Shown piece after piece: positions 1-7,706 of a DNA stretch of 32,000 bases. The notes under the pieces were generated by a model. It made no database searches, was not told the origin of the DNA, and saw only the letters and a program-made list of their open reading frames with translations. The position numbers were made by a program, and so were the translations under genes. The stretch comes from Pseudodesulfovibrio piezophilus C1TLV30 (GTDB taxonomy: Bacteria > Desulfobacterota > Desulfovibrionia > Desulfovibrionales > Desulfovibrionaceae), in NCBI RefSeq assembly GCF_000341895.1, contig NC_020409.1, positions 3,182,411-3,214,410 of the forward strand, given 5' to 3'. Within the stretch, counting starts at the first letter, position 1. The number at the start of each line of letters is the position of its first letter.

Positions 1-2
1 TC

Positions 3-848
3 GGCTTTAAGGATTCCGCCCAATTCTTGTCAGCGATTCCTACTCTTCAAGCTCTTTTTTGCAATGAAGAGGATTACGCTCGATACGAATCCCTGCTTGT
101 GGTCGAGAGTGTGCGGCAGTTCGAAGTCAAGGTCTGTGGTCCCAAAGGGCTTTCCCTTTGGGCCGAGATCAGTGCCAGCGCCATGCATGAGGAAGGGAAT
201 GGGCGTCATGCGCATTTGCGAAGTGGAGTCGTGGGCGTCCTGGCGGATGTGACGGAGCGCAAGCACATGGTGGAAGAAATGTGCAGATTGGCGCGGACAG
301 ACAGCCTGACAGGATTATGGAATCGTCGCTATTTCATGGAAGTGGCCGGGCGGGAGATAGCTCGGGCGAGTCGAAACAAGACTCAAATGTCCTTGCTTAT
401 TCTCGATGCCGACTATTTCAAATGCGTCAATGACAATTATGGGCACGATATAGGGGACAAGGCTCTTGTTGTCATGAGTCGACTACTTCTTGATTCGGTT
501 CGGGATGTGGATGCGGTGGGTCGGTATGGTGGTGAGGAGTTTGTCGTCCTTCTGCCGGATGCATCCCGCAAGGCAGCCTGTTATGTGGCCGAACGGATTC
601 TGAAGAATATTCGCAGAACAAAGATTGAGCACGGCAAAGGAGCTTTCTCCATGACCGTCAGTATTGGACTGGCTTCGCTGGAAGAAGAGGAGACCTTGGA
701 TGGTCTGCTTAAATACGCTGATATAGCACTCTATGCCGCCAAGAAAAACGGACGGGATAGGGTTGAGATTTATAGCCGGTCGGAATGCCCATGCTCCGTC
801 GATGAAGAAGGTTCGGAGGCTTCGGCCTGCGCAGGGAGGGAGCAATGA
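3..848 (+). CDS. PAS-GGDEF diguanylate cyclase, 5' end cut off by the window edge
   Basis: The frame stays open from nt 3 to the listed TTG at 27, so the gene begins upstream of the window. A PAS-end style motif GVLADVTERK is followed by a GGDEF domain. The active site is GGEEF (RYGGEEFVVLL), with an RxxD I-site (RDVD) five residues upstream. The stop overlaps the next start (ATGA at 845-848). Confidence 0.85.
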   Translation, partial: GFKDSAQFLSAIPTLQALFCNEEDYARYESLLVVESVRQFEVKVCGPKGLSLWAEISASAMHEEGNGRHAHLRSGVVGVLADVTERKHMVEEMCRLARTDSLTGLWNRRYFMEVAGREIARASRNKTQMSLLILDADYFKCVNDNYGHDIGDKALVVMSRLLLDSVRDVDAVGRYGGEEFVVLLPDASRKAACYVAERILKNIRRTKIEHGKGAFSMTVSIGLASLEEEETLDGLLKYADIALYAAKKNGRDRVEIYSRSECPCSVDEEGSEASACAGREQ

Positions 849-2023
849 GCTTCATGATCGGTCTGGTGGATTCCCTGCTCAATTGGAGTGTCGAACGGAA
901 AATGGTTGTCCTGCTTCTGCTTGGCATTGTCCTTTTCCCTTTGACGACACTGCTCATATTACAGTCTCAGGGGGCGCAACTTGCCACGAATTTTTTGGTG
1001 GGACTTTTGGCAGTGGCCATTATAACTTTAGTTCCTTTTGCCAAGATGATCAGTCACCTCGTTGCTCTGCGCAGTATCAAGGAGTTGAATGACCAGTGCA
1101 AATTGCTAAAGCGGGGAGACTATGCCCATGTCGACCTGCCTGCCGGGGATGATGAAGGGCATGATTTTCTGACTCTCAAGCGAAATATGCACTGGATGGG
1201 CTACACTATTGCCACCCGTGAGCAACGGTTGCAGTCGGCCATGAAAGATCTGGCCGTGGCCCAGCGTCAAATTGGTGAAAGCCTCGATTATGCCAGCTTG
1301 ATTCAGACCTCGTTTTTACCGGATCGGGAAGCTTTTTCCGAATTGTTGCCGGAACATTTTCTCATCTGGAGTCAGCGGGACAAGGTCGGTGGAGATTCCT
1401 ATTGGTTCAAGCAGTCCGGCGATGGTTTTTTTCTCGGTGTCATTGATTGTACCGGCCATGGTGTGCCGGGTGCGTTCATGACTCTGATTGTCCACTCCCT
1501 GCTGGAAGAGGCCATGGATGGCGACCCTGAGAGTCCCGCGATAATTCTCAGCCGCATGAATCAGCTTATCAAGGATGCCCTGAAACAGCACAAGAAGGGT
1601 GCCATGTCTGATGACGGTATGGACTGCACCTTGTGCCACCTTGATCCCAAGACAGGAAAACTCCTTTTCGCAGGAGCGAACAACCCGCTGTTTATCGTTG
1701 AAAAAGATGAGGTCAGATCAATCAAGGGTGACCGTTGTGGGCTTGGGTACATCCGGTCTCCTCGCGATTTCTCTTTCACTGATGTCGAGATGTCACTGGC
1801 CCCCGGAACCCGTGTGTATATGGCGACGGATGGTATCGTTGACCAGGTTGGGGGAGACAAAGGGTTTCCGTTTGGTAAGCGGAGATTCATGGATTTCATC
1901 AAACAAACCCGGCAGCTCCCCATGGAGCAGCAGGGAAGCGCATTAATGCGTTTATTTGCCGATTATCAGGGTGAGCAGACACGTCGGGACGATGTCACTG
2001 TGCTCGGGTTTGAATATAGATAG
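845..2023 (+). CDS. siaA: Membrane-anchored PP2C/SpoIIE-family protein phosphatase (SiaA-like)
   Basis: 392 aa. Two N-terminal hydrophobic helices (VVLLLLGIVLFPLTTLLIL, LVGLLAVAIITLVPFA) and a HAMP-like linker. The C-terminal PP2C/SpoIIE block shows GGDSYWF, IDCTGHGVPGAFM, DDGMDC, MATDGIVDQ and RDDVTVLGF. This is the same architecture and neighbourhood as SiaA of the Pseudomonas SiaABCD module. Confidence 0.8.
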   Translation: MSFMIGLVDSLLNWSVERKMVVLLLLGIVLFPLTTLLILQSQGAQLATNFLVGLLAVAIITLVPFAKMISHLVALRSIKELNDQCKLLKRGDYAHVDLPAGDDEGHDFLTLKRNMHWMGYTIATREQRLQSAMKDLAVAQRQIGESLDYASLIQTSFLPDREAFSELLPEHFLIWSQRDKVGGDSYWFKQSGDGFFLGVIDCTGHGVPGAFMTLIVHSLLEEAMDGDPESPAIILSRMNQLIKDALKQHKKGAMSDDGMDCTLCHLDPKTGKLLFAGANNPLFIVEKDEVRSIKGDRCGLGYIRSPRDFSFTDVEMSLAPGTRVYMATDGIVDQVGGDKGFPFGKRRFMDFIKQTRQLPMEQQGSALMRLFADYQGEQTRRDDVTVLGFEYR

Positions 2024-2032
2024 GGAGGTCTC

Positions 2033-2587
2033 ATGGCAAACAGCTTGTTTAAATATTATGAAGAAATGGAGCGTGAAGGCGTTATCCTGTATTTTAACGG
2101 TCCTGTTTCTCAGGGGGTTGTCGAGGGTATAGCCCAACTCATGCGTAACAAGATGCGGGATGAAGAGGTGGGAGTCGGTTCGGTACAGCGGGTCTTTTCC
2201 ATCCTCGTTGAGCAGATGCAGAATATTGTCCGCTATTCCACGGAACGGAATATCACCACAGAGGAATGCCAGGGAGAGATGGCCCATGGGCAGGTTGTTG
2301 TAGGGCGCGAGGAAGATGGTCGTTTTTTCGTGGCGTGCGGTAACAAGATTCGGTCTGCCGACAGCATCGTAATAACCGATCACATCAAGACCTTGCGTGA
2401 CATGAGCAAGGAAGACCTCAAGACATACTACAAAGAACGGCGCAAGAGCATTTCCCATGCGACCTCCAAAGGAGCTGGGCTTGGTTTTGTGGAGATGGCG
2501 CGAAAGTCTGCCCGCCCCATGGATTTTGATATTATCCCTCTCGATTGCGAGACTTCGTTTTTTTCCATGAAAGTCGTGGCACAGTAG
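2033..2587 (+). CDS. siaB: Small GHKL-type (anti-sigma-kinase-like) protein kinase, SiaB-like
   Basis: 184 aa. N-terminal GVILYFNGPVSQ and a C-terminal glycine box SKGAGLGFVEMARKS. It sits between the PP2C phosphatase and the DUF1987-like gene, as SiaB does. The gap to the upstream gene is 9 nt. Confidence 0.6.
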   Translation: MANSLFKYYEEMEREGVILYFNGPVSQGVVEGIAQLMRNKMRDEEVGVGSVQRVFSILVEQMQNIVRYSTERNITTEECQGEMAHGQVVVGREEDGRFFVACGNKIRSADSIVITDHIKTLRDMSKEDLKTYYKERRKSISHATSKGAGLGFVEMARKSARPMDFDIIPLDCETSFFSMKVVAQ

Positions 2588-2596
2588 GAGGATCGT

Positions 2597-2995
2597 ATGA
2601 CCAGATTTAGTGTACAGGCGACAAGTTCGTCACCTCATATAGAATTTGATCCCGAAACCATGTCCTTTGAAATCAAAGGGGAATCCTACCCTGAGAATTG
2701 CTGGGCATTTTATGGTCCGATGTTTGATTGGCTGGAAACTTTTTTCAGCGGGATCAATGGCGACCGGGTGGAGATCAACATGGAGATTCTGTATTTCAAC
2801 AGTTCATCATCCAAGACCTTCATGGACTTTTTCGACATGCTCGATGATCAGGCGGAACAGGGCAATAATATCGTGGTCAATTGGCGGTATCACGAAGAAA
2901 ACGAGTCTGCCATGGAGTGCGGGGAAGAGTTTATGGAAGATGTTTCCTGCATTAAATTCAACCTTGTCGAATTCAACGACGAATCCGAATGCTGA
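2597..2995 (+). CDS. siaC: DUF1987 / SiaC-like regulatory phosphoprotein
   Basis: 132-aa acidic protein with SPHIEFDPETMSFEIKGESYPEN and ILYFNSSSSKTFMDFF. The FN(T/S)SSSK stretch is where SiaC-type proteins are phosphorylated, as far as I recall. The gap to the upstream gene is 9 nt. Confidence 0.65.
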   Translation: MTRFSVQATSSSPHIEFDPETMSFEIKGESYPENCWAFYGPMFDWLETFFSGINGDRVEINMEILYFNSSSSKTFMDFFDMLDDQAEQGNNIVVNWRYHEENESAMECGEEFMEDVSCIKFNLVEFNDESEC

Positions 2996-3020
2996 CGAGT
3001 CGCACCGGAAAGAGAAAAGA

Positions 3021-4004
3021 ATGATTCCAAACCATATCAAACAATCACTGAAGACCCTTATCCCCCTCAGGCAGCCTGCGTTTCTCTGGGGAGCGCCCGG
3101 TGTAGGCAAAAGCCAGGTCGTTGCTCAGGTTGCCGATGAATTGGGCATGGCGTTGACAGATGTCAGGGCTGTTTTGCTGGACCCGGTGGATTTGCGCGGT
3201 TTGCCTTCCATCAATTCTGAAGGAGTCGCCCACTGGGCGCCACCGGCTTTCCTTCCTACCGGCGGGAAGGGCGTCCTGTTTCTGGATGAACTCAATGCTG
3301 CCCCGCCTCTGGTTCAGGCCGCTTGTTATCAGCTGGTTCTGGATCGCAAGATAGGGGAATACACCCTTCCCGATGGGTGGACAGTCATTGCAGCCGGGAA
3401 TCGAGAAACGGATCGTGCGGTCACTCACCGAATGCCCTCTGCCCTGGCCAATCGATTCGTCCACCTTGATTTCTCCGTTGATGTCGAAGCATGGCTTCAA
3501 TGGGCGGACCAGGCAGGCTTGTGCCAGGAAGTTTCAGCATTCATCCGGTTCAGGCCGAATCTGCTTCATAATTTTGATCCGAAGAAAAATGAAAAGGCGT
3601 TTCCTTCGCCACGGTCATGGGAATTCGCAGCTCGCATCGTGGCTTCGGTTCCGGACCCTGATGTCGAGCTGAGTTTGTTGAAAGGCACGGTTGGCCCCGG
3701 TGCTGCGGCTGAGTTTGCAGGATTTTCCAAGATGTTCAGACAGCTGCCCGACCCGGATGGTGTTATCAATCACCCGGAGACTGCGGATGTCCCTGACGAA
3801 CCTGCGGTTTTGTATGCCCTGTGCGAAGCTCTTGCTCAAAAAGCGGATGAAGAGACCACGGAGAGCATCATGGCGTATGCTTCCCGGTTGCCCTCGGAAT
3901 TTGGGGTGCTCCTGGTCCGTGACGCTGTGAAAACACATCGCGGCATGGTCGATTCTCCAGCCTTTTCACAGTGGGCCACTGCCAATTCCGATGTGCTTCT
4001 GTAG
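3021..4004 (+). CDS. MoxR-like AAA+ ATPase (AAA_5 type)
   Basis: ATG at 3021, in frame with the listed ORF 2646..4004. Walker A GAPGVGKS, Walker B VLFLDELN, sensor-1 AAGNRE, and RMPSALANRF. The longer track start at 2646 would overlap the previous gene by about 350 nt, so I do not use it. Confidence 0.85.
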   Translation: MIPNHIKQSLKTLIPLRQPAFLWGAPGVGKSQVVAQVADELGMALTDVRAVLLDPVDLRGLPSINSEGVAHWAPPAFLPTGGKGVLFLDELNAAPPLVQAACYQLVLDRKIGEYTLPDGWTVIAAGNRETDRAVTHRMPSALANRFVHLDFSVDVEAWLQWADQAGLCQEVSAFIRFRPNLLHNFDPKKNEKAFPSPRSWEFAARIVASVPDPDVELSLLKGTVGPGAAAEFAGFSKMFRQLPDPDGVINHPETADVPDEPAVLYALCEALAQKADEETTESIMAYASRLPSEFGVLLVRDAVKTHRGMVDSPAFSQWATANSDVLL

Positions 4005-4010
4005 GTTGCG

Positions 4011-5318
4011 ATGAACGAAGTTCGCAGGAAATTACTCAAGGCCCGAACCGGACTTTTGCTGGAGCATCCCTTTTTTGGTTCTCTATGCCTGCGCATGGAA
4101 CCGAAGGAAGACAGGCAATGCGCCACGGCATGGACCGATGGGCGGACCCTTGGGTACAACCCGGACTATATCGCCGGGCTTGAGGATTCTCAGGTTCAGG
4201 GGTTGATGGCACATACAGTCATGCATCCGGCCTGTCAGCATCATACCCGGCGTAAGGGACGGGAAGCCAACTTGTGGAATATAGCCTGCGATCACGCCAT
4301 CAATTGGCTTCTGCTTGATGCGGGTCTCACCCTGCCTCCCCGATATCTTGATAATCCCGTATATCATGGTCTTTCCTCTGATGAAATTTATGCTGAGCTG
4401 AAGGCCCATGGTGGAGAAGAGGATCGTCCTGCTCTTTCTGATGGGCAGGGGGAGAGTGACGGTGAAACTGATTGGGACGGTGTCGCAGCCGATGGAAGCG
4501 AGGGGGAAAACTTCGGCGAGAACTCAGAATCCGGCGCTGGTGAGGCCGGAGGTGATGGTCGGGTTGATGAAGGCTCTTCAGGCGAAGATGAAGCTGCGTC
4601 CGCCGGGGAACAGTCCGGCGACCCCGGTGGAAGTGGCGAAGTGCGTGATGCGCAGACGTCTCAGGAGGGCGGTTCCACAGCGGAATCCGGTAGTGATGAA
4701 CAATGGGAACTGGCTTTGGCCCAAGCCGCTCAACAGGCTCGGGATATGGGCGATCTCCCAGGAAATCTGGAACGCCTCATTCAGGATGTGCTCAACCCGA
4801 AGATCGATTGGCAGGAGATTCTGGAGCGCTTCATTTTTGACAGGGCGCGAGATGATTATAGCTGGACGCCGCCTAATAAACGGTTTTTACACCTCGATGT
4901 TATTCTGCCGTCCCTGTCACAGAGACAACTGCCGGAAGTTGTCCTCGTTATCGACACATCCGGCAGTGTCAGTGAATCGGAGATGGATCAGTTTGCTGCT
5001 GAATTATCCGGAATTCTGGAAGCATATGACACCACCGTACGGGTGCTCTATTGCGATAGTCAGGTCGTAGGACATGATCTTTTTGATCGTAATGACCTGC
5101 CTTTGATTCTTTCTCCCCAAGGGGGAGGCGGCACTGACTACCGCCCTCCTTTTTTTTGGCTTGAGCAGGAGGGAATCGATCCCGCCTGTCTTGTTTACCT
5201 GACTGATCTGGAGTGCATCCACTTCCCTGAACAGGACCCCGAGTTTCCAGTGCTCTGGGCACGGATAGGGGGGAGCGGAACAGTGCCTCCCTTTGGTGAA
5301 ATACTTGAAATATTATGA
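4011..5318 (+). CDS. VWA-domain protein with an N-terminal DUF2201-type putative metallopeptidase region (MoxR partner)
   Basis: 435 aa. The N-terminal region shows HPFFGSL, AHTVMHPACQHH and WNIACDHAINW. A Gly/Glu/Asp/Ser-rich insert of about 100 aa lies at roughly nt 4410-4710. The C-terminal VWA domain has a MIDAS-type DxSGS (VLVIDTSGSVS). The gene starts 6 nt after the AAA ATPase stop. Confidence 0.8.
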   Translation: MNEVRRKLLKARTGLLLEHPFFGSLCLRMEPKEDRQCATAWTDGRTLGYNPDYIAGLEDSQVQGLMAHTVMHPACQHHTRRKGREANLWNIACDHAINWLLLDAGLTLPPRYLDNPVYHGLSSDEIYAELKAHGGEEDRPALSDGQGESDGETDWDGVAADGSEGENFGENSESGAGEAGGDGRVDEGSSGEDEAASAGEQSGDPGGSGEVRDAQTSQEGGSTAESGSDEQWELALAQAAQQARDMGDLPGNLERLIQDVLNPKIDWQEILERFIFDRARDDYSWTPPNKRFLHLDVILPSLSQRQLPEVVLVIDTSGSVSESEMDQFAAELSGILEAYDTTVRVLYCDSQVVGHDLFDRNDLPLILSPQGGGGTDYRPPFFWLEQEGIDPACLVYLTDLECIHFPEQDPEFPVLWARIGGSGTVPPFGEILEIL

Positions 5319-5327
5319 GGAGGAGCA

Positions 5328-5789
5328 ATGAAAATCCAATGGTCCATCCAGAAAAAACGCGGGAATCACAGGCCTGTTCTTGAGTATCGAATCGAGTTGG
5401 AACAGTTCGAGATTGACCTCGCCGTTCCACAAGTTCTGTTAGACAAGGCTCTTTCCCGACCTCCGTCTTCGTGGCGGTCCTTTTGCTATCCGGGTGAGGA
5501 TGAACGATCGGGAGTCGCTTTGGACTGGTATCCTCTCATGACCCCATCTCATAAAAATGCCGTGATTTCCGGTAAATTGACGTTGCCATGGCGTCCGGCC
5601 GGAAATGAATTCGTGGATATCAAAGTGGCCTTCGGACGACTCCGCAAGGATTTTGAGCTGGTTTTGGCCAAGGCCAACGAAAGTGCTCCGGTTGAGATTG
5701 TGGAACATCTGGAACTGACTGAAGATACAAGAAAACATATTGCGGCCGGAGTGGCCTCTGCACGTTTTCTTTCTGCAGTTGGATTTTAG
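5328..5789 (+). CDS. Hypothetical protein, third gene of the MoxR/VWA unit
   Basis: 153 aa. A strong SD (GAGGAGGAG at 5317-5325) precedes the ATG, which lies 9 nt after the VWA gene stop. No motif I recognise, no signal peptide and no TM helix. Confidence 0.5.
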   Translation: MKIQWSIQKKRGNHRPVLEYRIELEQFEIDLAVPQVLLDKALSRPPSSWRSFCYPGEDERSGVALDWYPLMTPSHKNAVISGKLTLPWRPAGNEFVDIKVAFGRLRKDFELVLAKANESAPVEIVEHLELTEDTRKHIAAGVASARFLSAVGF

Positions 5790-5803
5790 ACTTGATTTGA
5801 AAT

Positions 5804-5820
5804 TGAAAATGAGTTTCATT
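5804..5820 (+). promoter_or_regulatory. Fur-box-like nested palindrome overlapping the start codon of the Fur-family gene
   Basis: TGAAA-ATGAG-TTTCA (5804-5818) nested with AATGA-GTT-TCATT (5808-5820). The 19-mer 5805-5823 matches 13/19 of the classical GATAATGATAATCATTATC box by hand alignment. Confidence 0.3.
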
Positions 5821-6267
5821 ACTGACATTATGAAGACAGCAGAACAAGTATTCATTGAGTTTCTCAAGGAAAATAATCTGAGCATGACCCCTCAAAGAAA
5901 GATTATCGTGGAGACCTTTTTGGAAACGGAAGGGCACTTCTCGGCAGAGAGGTTGTGTGGATTAGTCAAGGGAAAGGCATCTGAAATAGGGCAGGCCACC
6001 ATCTACCGGACGCTGAAACTTCTCGTGGATTCAGGTCTGGCCGAGTCTATCGAAGTCGGAGACGGAAGTGCGCTTTATGAACATTCATACGGTCATGACC
6101 ATCATGACCACCTGATATGTGTTCATTGCAACCGCAAGATAGAGATTTATGATGATGCGATAGAAAAACGTCAGGAGGAAGTTGCCAGTGAGTTGGGCTT
6201 CAAACTGACGAGGCATCGTATGTATCTGTTCGGAATCTGCCCCGAATGCGCTGGGCAGGAGTCATAG
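5809..6267 (+). CDS. Fur-family metalloregulator (paralogue 1)
   Basis: 152 aa from ATG 5809. The track start at 5740 lies inside the previous gene. Winged-helix region with TPQRKIIVETFL and ATIYRTLKLL. His-rich site HSYGHDHHDH. Two CxxC pairs, CVHC and CPEC. Fur, Zur and PerR cannot be told apart by eye. Confidence 0.85.
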   Translation: MSFITDIMKTAEQVFIEFLKENNLSMTPQRKIIVETFLETEGHFSAERLCGLVKGKASEIGQATIYRTLKLLVDSGLAESIEVGDGSALYEHSYGHDHHDHLICVHCNRKIEIYDDAIEKRQEEVASELGFKLTRHRMYLFGICPECAGQES

Positions 6268-6299
6268 ATCTCTACGACCACGCAAATGTAATATGAGTA

Positions 6300-6336
6300 A
6301 CGCCCCATTGGTTTCGGACCGATGGGGCGTTTTTTG
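6300..6336 (+). terminator. Rho-independent terminator closing the nine-gene + strand array
   Basis: ACGCCCCATTGG / CCGATGGGGCGT stem of about 12 bp including one G-U pair, a 7-nt loop, and a TTTTTTG tail at 6330-6336. Confidence 0.8.
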
Positions 6337-6507
6337 TTTCAAAAGCCGCCGTTTTATTTTGTTGTCGTTTTTTTGCGGTCTTGTTCCGTATCCACAGGCG
6401 GTGTGGTCTTGGGTTCCTTCCACGATGTGCTGAACATGGATTTGAAGCCTCGGTTCAAAAAGGCCTTGGGGCATCCCTTGCTGGAAATGGTTGTTCGAAA
6501 TGTCATG

Positions 6508-6993
6508 TTACACTCCTTGTTTCATTTTTGGCGGCACATGGTGTTCCGAGGCGATCTCCCGCTCTGTCTCGGAGGGGGTGCACTGGTTGCAGATCCCGTG
6601 AATCTGTGTCTGAAAGCTAAACATGGTGAACCCTTGTTGTCTGGCTGTTTCCTGTTGGAGACAATCTATATACGGATTGGAGATGGGGTATCGTTTGCCG
6701 CAGCGTTCGCAAATCATTTGGCTGTGGTGATCTCCCATGGACTCGTAATGAGTGCTTCCATCTCCCCGCTGAATACACCGGGCAATACCAGAGTTGAGTA
6801 GGTGTTTGACTGTTCTGTAAACTGTGGATCGACTGATTCGAATATCGAGTTCCTGAACGGCTCGGAGAAGTTTGTCAGAAGAGAGTTTCTCCTCATTGCT
6901 CATGAAGACCTTGAAGATCAGCAACCGTTGTTGTGTCAACTTGAGGTTGTTGCTGGTCAGGTATTCCTTAAATGTTTTCAGTGCTTCCTGCAT
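6508..6993 (-). CDS. Fur-family metalloregulator (paralogue 2) with a C-terminal extension
   Basis: 161 aa. LTQQRLLIFKVF and STVYRTVKHL helix-turn-helix, GDHHSQMIC, and CxxC pairs CERC and CNQC. After the second CxxC comes a tail of about 20 aa (TPSETEREIASEHHVPPKMKQGV). Confidence 0.8.
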   Translation of the reverse strand: MQEALKTFKEYLTSNNLKLTQQRLLIFKVFMSNEEKLSSDKLLRAVQELDIRISRSTVYRTVKHLLNSGIARCIQRGDGSTHYESMGDHHSQMICERCGKRYPISNPYIDCLQQETARQQGFTMFSFQTQIHGICNQCTPSETEREIASEHHVPPKMKQGV

Positions 6994-7119
6994 GGATTCT
7001 GATCTTTTTACGCTCTATTTGCGTTGCAATGTTCTTGTTGACCCGGAGTCTCATCCTGTTCGTCTTGTGCCGGCTCTCAGTGGGTTGAGTTGAGACTTTG
7101 ATGCAACAGAAGTTTTTCG

Positions 7120-7168
7120 TTGACCCTTTGAATATCACAGCTTATCACTGATATCGAAATTCATTATC
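7120..7168 (+). promoter_or_regulatory. Candidate sigma70 promoter plus Fur box upstream of feoA
   Basis: TTGACC (7120-7125), a 17-nt spacer, then TATCAC (7143-7148). Immediately downstream, GATATCGAAATTCATTATC (7150-7168) matches 15/19 of GATAATGATAATCATTATC by hand alignment. Confidence 0.6.
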
Positions 7169-7193
7169 AATTGCAACGTCAAATTGGTTACAA

Positions 7194-7430
7194 GTGGAGA
7201 AGTCTATGTCTTTGCACAAAACCCTCAGTTCGGTGGGGTCCGGACAGACGGCCTTTGTTATCGCCATCGACGCCGATAACAAGGCAAAGATTCGACTCGA
7301 ATCCATGGGAATCATTCCAGGAATCGAAGTTGATGTGCTCAACAACGCCAGTGGACCGCTGATCGTTTCAGTCGGAGAAGGGCGTATCATGGTTGAGCGC
7401 AGGGTAGCCAAAAGGGTTCTCGTGGCCTGA
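7194..7430 (+). CDS. feoA: FeoA-family protein (copy 1)
   Basis: 78 aa with the FeoA/SH3-like pattern: G..A.VIAID...AKIRLESMGIIPGIEVDVLNNASGPLIVSVGEGRIMVERRVAKRVLV. The listed start is GTG at 7194, and an in-frame ATG lies at 7206. Confidence 0.85.
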   Translation: MEKSMSLHKTLSSVGSGQTAFVIAIDADNKAKIRLESMGIIPGIEVDVLNNASGPLIVSVGEGRIMVERRVAKRVLVA

Positions 7431-7484
7431 TCGGTTGAGGTCAGTCTTTTTTCATAATGCATTCATACTTTCAAGGAGGGCGGC

Positions 7485-7706
7485 ATGACTCTGAATGAAC
7501 TCAAGCCAGGCTCCCGTTGCACCATGACGGACCTGACCGCAGTCGGTGCTCTCGGGCAACGGCTCATGGATCTTGGATTTTATCCTGGGGCTGAAATTGA
7601 GGTGGTGCGCAATGCTCCACTGGTCGATCCAGTGGAATTGCACCTTGACGGATACCATGTTTCGATTCGCCACAATGAAGCCAAGCATATTGAGGTGGAG
7701 AGATAA
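7485..7706 (+). CDS. feoA: FeoA-family protein (copy 2)
   Basis: 73 aa: LNELKPGSRCTMTDL....LGQRLMDLGFYPGAEIEVVRNAPLVDPVELHLDGYHVSIRHNEAKHIEV. SD AAGGAGG lies upstream. The stop overlaps the feoB start by 1 nt. Confidence 0.85.
   Translation: MTLNELKPGSRCTMTDLTAVGALGQRLMDLGFYPGAEIEVVRNAPLVDPVELHLDGYHVSIRHNEAKHIEVER

Noticed and set aside
2646-3020. N-terminal 125-aa extension of the AAA ATPase ORF given in the track
   Set aside because: It overlaps the DUF1987-like gene out of frame for about 350 nt and its translation has no AAA-related features. The ATG at 3021 lies just before the Walker A region and gives a normal MoxR length.
6322-6801. 159-aa + strand ORF overlapping the second Fur gene
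   Set aside because: It lies antisense to a clear Fur-family CDS and starts inside the terminator hairpin of the upstream operon.
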